Assembly: GCA_002633005.1 (NCBI GenBank)
Contig: NMRA01000079.1
Location: 680,859-738,493 of the forward strand
Length of the DNA stretch: 57,635 nucleotides
Direction of reading: 5' to 3'
Source of the DNA: Phoronis australis
Taxonomy: Eukaryota; Animalia; Phoronida
The translations under genes were made by a program, and so were the position numbers. Positions 26,733 through 36,193 of this stretch are shown here, one piece after another. Each line of letters opens with the position of its first letter. Position 1 is the stretch's first letter. The notes beneath the pieces were generated by a model. It searched no databases. It was not told where the DNA came from and saw only the letters and a list, made by a program, of their open reading frames with translations.

Positions 26733-28538
26733 TAAAGCCAGGTAATATGAATGACATGTGACATGCAATGTGCCTTGCAACTTTGATATTCCAAACTGAC
26801 ACACAATTCACGTGAGGTACCCCTCAAGTCAAATGAATAGGTCGCTATCACGTGAAAGGGTTGACATTATAATACAGCTGAGTTCTTTACACGGAGTCCA
26901 TGAGGTCTCCTCAGGTGAAAGCAAAATGTCTGCGATTCTAGAGATACCGAGATTTAATAAAATGACATTGGCAAGAGAACCATTTTCGAGATTCAAAAGT
27001 GGGGCCTCTATATCGATATCTAAGAGGCCCCGCCTGAAGGCAGTCAAAAAGCGGGGAGAGCTACATGTATATTACTATACGAGGTCCCACTTGGGGCAAC
27101 AAAAAAGCGGGGCCTCACTTTTAGACTGCCCTCAGATGCCGGGTCCCATTTTGATACAGGGGCCCAGTTTTTTGATCACCTTCAGGTGCCCCATTATGAA
27201 GCTCCACTAGTACACATGTAAGTCGCCTTCAGATAGCGCCCCTAAGGCTTTCACTCGAAGACAGTCTTCAGGTGACATATCTTTATCAATACAGAGAGCC
27301 AGGGCCAGCTCATGGTGGTTTTCAGGCGGCGTCCTCCATGTTTGCAACCGGATTCGGGCGATGTAAAAAACACGAAATTGACGGTAAAACTTTATTTTAA
27401 TTGAAGATACTGAACACTCTACAAATAAATTTAAACCCATTACCATACACAAACAAAACTTTACAACCATTACCGCACAATATTACAGTTTACAATCTTA
27501 GGTTAATTACTCCTTACTATGTATTCTCAATAAACATACATACCAAATTATTAACATTTTATTACTCAAAACTATGACACTAGAACTCCAATGTGAATTG
27601 AGTGACCAAAACTTCACCGAAGCTACTGACTGACACTGAGGCATTCCGCACTTAATCGACCACTGAAGTACCCTCTAAAACAGCGCCACCTATACTGAAA
27701 AGTGGTGTGGAGTGTACAACCGAAGAATAGAGAATGACTACACCCCAAGTCAAACCTTCAACTGCAAAGTAATGTTTAGAAGCACTAAAGAAGCTCAATG
27801 GTTCAGTGGCTAACTTACAAGTTAATAGCAATAACGACTCAGTTGAAGTCCTTACTAATACAAATATTTTTTTATACTTGTTTATCCTTAAAGAAAACCA
27901 CACACATAAATAGAACACAAGACAAACATAGAACAAAGAAAACTGTCACATATTAATATAGAGCGTCGCTCTTGGTTATCATCGGGCGTGACTGGGGGAC
28001 ACTATATAATATAGGGATTCCACTTCTCAGGCTCAAAAATAACTTTTGCTTAATATTCCATCGCACAATTCGTAAACAAACGCAACTACTTGTCCATTGC
28101 CTTAGCAAAAACTAATATGCCTAACATGACCAGTAGTAACAACTCGAAATACTAGATAAACAAGTTCATGGGTGCCATAGAATCATAAAAACGAGTATCG
28201 CATATTATCACGCACTAACTTATGAATAATGCATATAAACTCATGGATCATGCATACGAACCCAAATAACACGCATTTTCACTCGACGATATACAGTAAA
28301 ATTGTATACATGAAAGAATATATAATGGCTAAACTAACATCACCACCAAATCGAAGCACTTTGACCTCGATGCACTGTCATTCGGGCTAAATTTGCATCA
28401 AGACTTAAGACAAAACAGTGATACATATGGTACCCAAGTAATCATATTTCATACATGTAGTTCCATCAACAGTTGTAATCACCAAGTAGTACTACTTTTA
28501 GTCAGAACGTACATACATGTAGCACAGGTCATAATCTG

Positions 28539-28687
28539 GGCCCAGTTGCATAAACGTTATACGCCGTATAGCAACAATGACGTCGCATTATCACCCGTCA
28601 CATTGTTATTGTTGAACAATGCACCTGACCTCATGCAACAATCAAACTTATCCAGCGTATAACTTTGAAGCTTTATGCAACTCAACC
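28539..28687 (+). mobile_element. About 150-bp MITE (PIF/Harbinger-like)
   Basis: TIR core GTTGCATAAA/TTTATGCAAC. Inverted copy at 42091-42240 and internally deleted copy at 39682-39771. Confidence 0.7.
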
Positions 28688-29362
28688 TAGGAGATTAGTT
28701 CAGAGCGAACGCCCGCCATTAACAATGTACATCTACAACATCGAACAATACGACATGAAAATTGCAAAACCATAAAAAACTTTCGCGTTCTACTAGGCAA
28801 ACGTGAAACATGAAGCTGACGTTGCAACTGGATTTAGATTGAAATATTCGTAAATTTAAGTCATTAAAATACAAACTCTTCCATCTGTACAGTATGCCAA
28901 TCATCGCAATGAAATTGCACAAACGGCTACTAATCGTGGATTTTATCAAAAATGGAAAATATAAAGCCGATTGACCTTTTCCGGTAAGAATTTTCTGGAA
29001 TATCTGCAGTAGATTTTGGAACCCCGGTATGTCAAGCAGAATGAAATCAACGAATGTGGAGTACACCTGCATTTGCTGTCAACAGGTGGCGAGGGACGTA
29101 TTCCACAATGCTCTAGCAGTAAAAATGTCTATACAAATAACTGGAGACACTATCATTTAGCGTTACACACTTTGGAATTCGTATTTAGTACGAACAGAAA
29201 ATTTGATTCATTAGTGGCGATCAATGCAGCTTTGTTTCTTACAGTTCCCTGTTTTGTATTTCTTCAAATACTAGCCCGGCTGCTTTGCTAATAGTGCCCC
29301 ATTGTAAATAGGTGTAGCGGAATCTGACTGTCAAAGGACTTGGACATGACTTGGCAGAGTGA

Positions 29363-30847
29363 TTACCTCGGGCGTTCGGGACATCCCAGGCCGGGGTGAT
29401 CCCTTTGTATTCCGCAATATCTGCACATGTGCCTGTATTTGCATTTAGTTTGGTCACAAGGCAGCCTTTTATTGAACTTTATACAAAAACCCCAGTTCGT
29501 GTAAATATGTTTTTCCTGTCCTAGTCTTAGACATGACTTGCCGGCGTGTTCACGTCCGCAATGCTGACACACGTGTCTGTAATTGCAACCTTCCCTTCCA
29601 CACCTTTTTGTGTCGTTGTACTCCAAACAGATCCCTAAATATCTCCTTGGCGGTTCTTCATTTCTCACCTCCCTATCTGGACATGTACCCGTTCTTTTCT
29701 CTCTTATACAGAATGGCCCATGATCGACATTGGAACAAGTTGGCCTGTTGTACGGCACAAATATAGATACATTAACATAAGCGTCTTCATTTCCTATTCT
29801 GACGGCTGCATCACTTGGTTTCTTTTTCCCCTCAAAGGCTCCATCAGGCTCCTTATGAGCGTAAAGGATTACATTAGTCTCATTCTTGTACTCGACAATC
29901 TCGCCTTGTCGAAGTCCAGTTACACCCATTTTAGAGAGCGTGGTTTCAAACCTGCGTGACCCATAGACACTACTCCCATTGCAAAGGCCAAACCATACTC
30001 CTGGGATAATGTTCTTGTTGTCACTAGGCTTGAATGTTCTATCATTCTGTATCTGCTTAGCCTCATTCTGGTGAGTAACATGGTATATTGGGGTATCACG
30101 AGCAATTTCTATATCTTCAAGTTGTTCTGCCCGATAGCTGCTCAATAATTTCTTTGTACCATAATTGTCAATAAATAGTGGTACTTCCAGAAACTTGAAT
30201 ATTTTCAGAGCTTCTAACACACTTTGAATGGGATTTTTTAGAGCGTCGCTTTCGACATAGCGACACAGCGATTCGTTGCGCCAATTTCTGAGAAACTCTC
30301 GGAAAAGGTCACCGTAATCCGAAAGAAAGTCTTTTACGTCGTCATCATGATCCTTAATGGAGAGAAGTGCTTCCAGTGCCAGAACAGTAATTAGCGGATC
30401 TTCCTCGCCAGCCGCTACAAGTCTTCCAGACAGAACAATTTTATCTTCATCGCTAGCAAAATATATCGATAAGTCGTCGCTGGTTAAACGGACTAGTCTC
30501 AGAACTCTTTCTAGTTCGTCAGCCAATTCGTCAGGCCTGGGTTCACCTGCTTCAGCCCTGGGTTCATGTGGTTCAGCCCTGGGTTCGTCTTCTTCACGCC
30601 TGGGTTCACCTGCTTCAGCCCCCATGGGTTCCTGCTGACGTGGATTGTCAGGGAAAATTCGTCTCACGATGTCATCAATTCGGTTAGGAACCGCGTCAAG
30701 ATTTCCAACCTGAATGCAATAAATCCCCTCAAGGGCAAGCCGGACGGCGATTGTTCGAGGGGCACGTCGCACGGCTGCTTCAAAATCGTTGAAAAACTGA
30801 TCAAAGCTGACTTCATTAAAGGCCAAAAAAATATCCAGTCTCGCCAT
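29363..30847 (-). CDS. Intronless 494-aa protein: duplicated helical module, E/P/R linker, putative ADP-ribosyltransferase-like fold, and 2x (CCCH + CCHC) zinc fingers
   Basis: By far the longest ORF in the window; context GATCATGG. Central YHVTH...A..I...FKPS...GVWF...YG pattern. Zinc fingers C407-x8-C-x4-C-x3-H425 + C427-x2-C-x3-H-x4-C439, repeated at 455-489. Confidence 0.85.
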   Translation of the reverse strand: MARLDIFLAFNEVSFDQFFNDFEAAVRRAPRTIAVRLALEGIYCIQVGNLDAVPNRIDDIVRRIFPDNPRQQEPMGAEAGEPRREEDEPRAEPHEPRAEAGEPRPDELADELERVLRLVRLTSDDLSIYFASDEDKIVLSGRLVAAGEEDPLITVLALEALLSIKDHDDDVKDFLSDYGDLFREFLRNWRNESLCRYVESDALKNPIQSVLEALKIFKFLEVPLFIDNYGTKKLLSSYRAEQLEDIEIARDTPIYHVTHQNEAKQIQNDRTFKPSDNKNIIPGVWFGLCNGSSVYGSRRFETTLSKMGVTGLRQGEIVEYKNETNVILYAHKEPDGAFEGKKKPSDAAVRIGNEDAYVNVSIFVPYNRPTCSNVDHGPFCIREKRTGTCPDREVRNEEPPRRYLGICLEYNDTKRCGREGCNYRHVCQHCGREHAGKSCLRLGQEKHIYTNWGFCIKFNKRLPCDQTKCKYRHMCRYCGIQRDHPGLGCPERPR

Positions 30848-30887
30848 GATCGTCAGTACGGGTAGGGCCGAACTGAAAACTCCCTGC

Positions 30888-33143
30888 CAACGCCAGAAAT
30901 TTGTAACATTCTTGATCCGCTAGGTGACGCTTAGCGCCATGTCCCTAACCAATCATAACAACGCATAGTTAGGTTAAAGGTCAGGAAGCTTGGGCGCCAG
31001 TACCGTGAGCCTGCATGAAGTCAGTAGTCTGCAGAGCATAGTCAAGTTTACAACGAGAGCGCTCGGAAGAGCGACACTTGGCGGAATTAATCGAAAAGAC
31101 GACAATGAGAGCGACGACAACAATCATGACGATCTAGGCGGCAAATATGAATAAAACGATAACATTCATGTGACTAGCGTAGAAATCAAATAGAGAGCAT
31201 ACAATCAACTACAATAAAGAACGAAAGCCCGTTCAAAACTCTATCTAAAGTGGTAGTTTTGCAAACACGATAACATTCATGTGACTAGCGAAGAAATCAA
31301 ATAGAGAGCATACAATCAACTACAATAAAGAACAATAGATGGCGCAACATGACGGTCCAGTCTGCAGTAGGACAGTGCTGGCTGGGTCAGTCTGGGTCAA
31401 CTAGGCATAACCAAAACAAAGTGGGCTGAAAGCCAGCCAGCTGCGTGTGACCAAAGGCACAACGGTATCCGAAAATCTCGAATAATTCAAAAAGTAGTCG
31501 TCGTAGCGCAAAATGGAAAATATCTCCTGAAAGCCCGTTCAAAACTCTATTTAAAGTGGTAGTTTGGCAAAAATCCAAAAATTTTTCGAGAAAATTGAAA
31601 ATTCGCCGTTTTTTTTGGAATTCAAAGTCAAATAACTCGAAAACGGTAAGTCTGAGAAATACGCTCTCGCAAACTTTTTGAAAGGCCATACTTCAAGGAA
31701 TCCACATGCAAAAATTCACGTCATTTGCTCTTCCCATAAAAAATGCGACACCAGAGCGATTGAAACCGTGTGAACATGCCCCACAGCCGCCATCTTGAAG
31801 GTAACTTCCGGTTCAATAATTTTTTATAAAAGCTTATTAAACTCAACAAACACGTGACCAGTTTGAAAGTGATTGGTTTGCAATTGCGCCCTCTACAGGA
31901 GAAAACGTTTTGAGCCATATTTCGGGGTGCGCATGCGCCACGTCCAATATTTCCGCTATCTTTAACCGGAAGTGAACGATTTTCTGCACAATTGTAGCAC
32001 ATGCGTTGTAGTATATTCGTACCGATTTTCAGCTATGTAGGTCGAAAAATGCGGCCTCTACGAGTATTTGACCGTGAAATCGGATACAAAATGGCCGCCA
32101 TGTCCGCCATTTTGTATCCGATCATAACCAAAAACAATAGCGTTCTAGCAATTCCCGATCTACACGCTGTGTGCAAATTTCGTAAAAATCGGACAAAAAT
32201 TGCGACCTGTAGAGTGCGAACAAACAAAAAAAAACTTGCTGTCAGACCAACATACTTGACGGAATTCGAAGAATTCCGCCAAGTAATAACAGTATTTGGA
32301 ATTTCTGGAATTCCACAGTCTACAGTACGACAGTGCTAGCTGGGTCATTGGGGGTCACAACTCACTGGTAACTTGTACACATAACCAAAACAAAAGTGAA
32401 CTGAATGCCAGGCAGCCGCGTGTGCTTGCATTGGCTTAAGCGGGCTGCCAAAGCGCTTTTTATTAATCTTCAGATGTTTGCCAATACAAATTTGTGTTCG
32501 GAATCCACTCCTAAGTAACAGTATTGAATTAAAACGAATGACAACGTACTGTGGATCACAAAAAACGGAACAACATTTTGAAGATAACTATAGTATCAAC
32601 TACTGATCACAGCACGAAATCTGGAATAAAACTGTATAAAATCCGACTTTTTTTAAACTTCGAATGTATTTTTAAACTCATACCGGATGAAAAAATGAAC
32701 ATAACAGTTTCTTACCGATTCTGAGCTAGTCTTTCATCTACTGAGTGCAAATTTCAATGCAAGACAACCAGGCGATCGGCAATATTTCATCTCACAGCAC
32801 TGTACGTGACAAATCCGATGGCAAAATGAATTCAGCCACAAACTTGACTTCAAAATGAGCTGTGCGCTCAAATATTAGCTTCCGGACGATCGTTAGCATA
32901 TGCCTCAACGGGGCAAACTTCAAACTTCAAGAGACGTGGAAAAATTTTCACCAATGACGCTGATATTTGGCAGTAACACGTCTTAACATACACTCTATGC
33001 CACAGGCTATCGGCAAATTGTGTAGTTATCTCCCCTCACTTGTAAATTGCTGATTATAGCCTGTTATTGTGTATTTCTTATGGAGGGCTGCTGGCAAGAT
33101 TTAGCGCATGCGTAGTAGTGCATGTTACAAATTTCTGGCGTTG
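30888..33143. mobile_element. Non-autonomous DNA element with perfect 22-bp TIRs (about 1.0 kb without the HINE insert)
   Basis: CAACGCCAGAAATTTGTAACAT (30888-30909) and its exact reverse complement (33122-33143). Second copy at 533-946. No convincing TSD; superfamily undetermined. Confidence 0.75.
31054..32284 (-). mobile_element. HINE/Helentron-type element, family 2
   Basis: Absent from the homologous empty site at 771-780, and inserted at an AA/TT. SubTIR ACTTGGCGGAATT at both ends, terminal hairpin ACTTGACGGAATTC..GAATTCCGCCAAGT, and stem-loop CGCTC/GAGCG. Confidence 0.8.
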
Positions 33144-34194
33144 TTCGCTAAATCACTGGAGGGAAGCAATTGATAAGGTCAACCTATGTGAATAGTTGAG
33201 AAGAAGTATAACATTGCAGAGATATTATCTTTTTGATAATGTCCTCAGCTCACACAACTTCTGTCATCCAGCATCAAATGACACACAGCCCTCGTATGAA
33301 CTATTGAAATAGCGTCGACGAGATTCTAACGCGGTTACTGATTTTTGTCTACGTCATAGCATTTTAAGCATTCAAGAGTTCAGTGCACTGTAGCTGTCTC
33401 CCGGCTAAAAAGCATTGAAAAAATCACGTGTTCTCATTAGAATACACGGAATTTCTCGCGAAATCTTGCAAAGTCTTGTTTTTCTCGAGAGGTCCTTATA
33501 GCGTCATTGAACTCTATCCAGGATAAAATATAACAAGGCAGACATGGCAGACTGTTTATTGGCAGTGACTCAGCTAGTCTGCTATCCGGAATATGTCATG
33601 ACCTTACATTACGTGTCATTTGAGACGATGGCAAAAGCATCATCCGCCCCATGGTCATAAGTTCGACAGGTCGCAGAAAAGGAGAATATATTTGATGAAT
33701 GTTTCTTTTGTGTTATACTATTGCTGGGAACGTCATGCCAGACACATATTGATTCTTTTGACTTAGTTGCAGTCTGGCCGGCGGTCAGCATTAGTACAGG
33801 AATTTTGGAACGGACAAGACTACTATCATTTACTAGAAATAAAATCTAGTTAGCCTCGCAGTTATAAAATATAATCGTTAATAGCAAACGCAAACGGTTT
33901 TCGAAGAAATGAAATCCGTATAGCCGCTATTCACGACTGGGCTATGACAGTCGGGGCAAAAACCTCGGTTATTCATGTAGATTTACAGATAGAGACATAC
34001 ATATTACTCGACACTGAAGTGGTTCGAGAATTAATTCGTGATCCAAGAAAAGGCTGTAATTACAACTCAGAACTGTCCTCACACTAAGTAGGCTCCTACT
34101 CGGCTTCACTCGCAACGGTTACCTGTTGTCCAGATGCTTTTAAAATTCGACTTCCGAGCAGTTTTGTTCTCTGTAGTAATTAGCTTTACACGTG

Positions 34195-34920
34195 AACAAA
34201 ATAAAAAATGAAATGTTTACCTCCTAAAAGAATCCAATCCATTGATATGTGTTGCTGACCGCGTACTCATTGTTCTGCCCTTGGTGCACCGTCCCACTTT
34301 TTAAATCCCCTCCCCAATCCCGTCATACCGTCGCAATGTACCACTCGACCCACTAGAAATTGACGTATGCTTATAGTATTTTAATTTCCCCAGCACTATA
34401 TTTTCTGTTCGATTAAAAAGAAAAACTGGACTTTGTGTTTTCCGCGAAAACAAGAAAAACGTACAAAAATCGCCTTCGGGCGCTTTGAGGTGTTACGTCT
34501 CCTGTTCTACAAAAAACCACGGTCGGCACAGTTTTGTGTATGGCGGGTTATACTGTAATTCACTATTGTGTTTTGGCTTAGACCCAAATGCCCCGCTTTT
34601 GTCCGAAAGTCCCAATTTTCAACTCAGCTGTCCCGTTTTTTCATTTTCGAATGTTGACCGTGAAAGCTATGTTGTATGCAACAGTTGTTCAAAATAACAC
34701 TGACTCTTTGCTATGAATATTGTTATTTTCAAGAGTGCACTTTCTTAAGAAACACAAGAATCATAAAATGTAGTAAATGCACTGTATCAGAATCGCTAAT
34801 TTTTGCTTCCATGAAAAGTACTACACTGCAACCAACGTAATAAGCTATCCTCTGTTAATGTCAAAGCTACCCAATAGATGATTGCCCATTTATGACCATC
34901 GAGAAAACATTTATCTGCAC
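34195..34920 (+). repeat. Old diverged duplication with about 36550-37240; partial inverted copy at about 52410-52520
   Basis: Collinear shared blocks (AAATGAAA.GTTTACCTC, TGTCCCG, CTACACTGCA..TAATAAGCT..ATGTCAAAGCTA). Confidence 0.55.
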
Positions 34921-35509
34921 ATCTCGGATAGGTAGTTGGAGTAACTAGTTTGTCGCATTTTTGAAAATATCACTGCATCATGAATTTTATTATTTAAGGT
35001 TTTAGACATGACTGATTAGCAATAACAAAAAACAATAGCTCGTCTTTTATCCTTAATAACGGTATGGCCTTATACAAAATACAAAATGACCTTGAATATG
35101 AGGCCGTGGGAATAACTAGGAACATAGCAGACATTGTTCAACATTGGTAAAAAACTGAACAAATATTCAAATTCTCGATGACTGCTTTAGGCGGAGACAA
35201 AGCGAACAAGGTGAAGGAATGATCGTTGTTACATGTACATGCACAGAAACAAAGGCTAGAGCTCTCGGATAGAACTATATTAATGGCATGCCAACTCCTG
35301 CGCGTGATCCATGCATTCTAGCGTTAGAGCTGACGACTCACGGAAGTAGTCGCGAAAGTTTGCACTGTGACTTGCTGGTTGTCCGTTGGGCTGAGTTTTG
35401 ATCGAGTATTCCAGTTATCAAAATATGCCTAATTTCATTGCTTCAATTCCATTTTGTCACATTTGGGTGATAAAAAGTTATCACGTAAATAAAATTAAGA
35501 TACTCAATA

Positions 35510-36193
35510 TGTTTTACAGCTGCGTCTGTGTTAATCGTTTCTGGAATTCTTTACATCATTTCATAAATAAAGTTTTTAATTTACACATTGAGCCATCTAT
35601 GTACCACTTCTTAGTTTGCTTCTTTGGCAATCTAAGTGAAATCTTCAATACTATATACACTCATGCCCAACATTATATTTATACATCAACGAGAGATAGG
35701 TCTCAACCTTGTTTTAATAAGTTTAGATGTATACTTTTTGACGCAGTGAACCTCATTGTATTTAATGCCTCGGATAAAACTTCAGAACAGTAGAGGGTTT
35801 TGCAGGCATTCCTTTAAAATGATTCAAACAATATATGGAGTTATTTTTTTAACCACTTCTGTTGTATTATAAGAAAATTGACCTTTTCATAAATATGCAC
35901 CTACGTAAATGTAAACATAAGTTAATTTAATTAAATCGTGTGAATGTGAGTGTGAATGAGTGTATGAAAGTCCTTCCCCTTCCCGTCCCCACCCCCCCCC
36001 CTTTCATATTATTCTCGGCTAATTATTCGCCCAATCATTAGGAGTAATTTCCAGATACTTATTTGTTTAATTAAGATGATGTATTATACTCTAGTAAGTT
36101 GTAAAGATACGTAGTTGGGGCTACCCAACCCCAGCCGTATCTACCATTCATTAATGATATGCTTTATGGGTAAATAAACGTATTAAAAAAAAA
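35510..36193 (+). mobile_element. 5'-truncated L1/Tx1-like LINE insertion
   Basis: 13-bp TSD AAGATACTCAATA (35497-35509, 36194-36206) and AATAAA followed by a poly(A) tail. Residual peptide FYSCVCVNRFW...AQHYIY...PCFNKF resembles ORF2 C-termini of this clade. Confidence 0.8.

Noticed and set aside
19613-26851. Recurrent short ORFs (MHRKRS..., MTFAPNDL...)
   Set aside because: They recur only because they lie in HINE copies; frames are not preserved between copies and there are no Rep or helicase motifs.
30880-33151. Assigning the 22-bp TIR element to the P or hAT superfamily
   Set aside because: Flanks (CTCCCTGC vs TTCGCTAA) show no convincing TSD; CA termini alone are insufficient.
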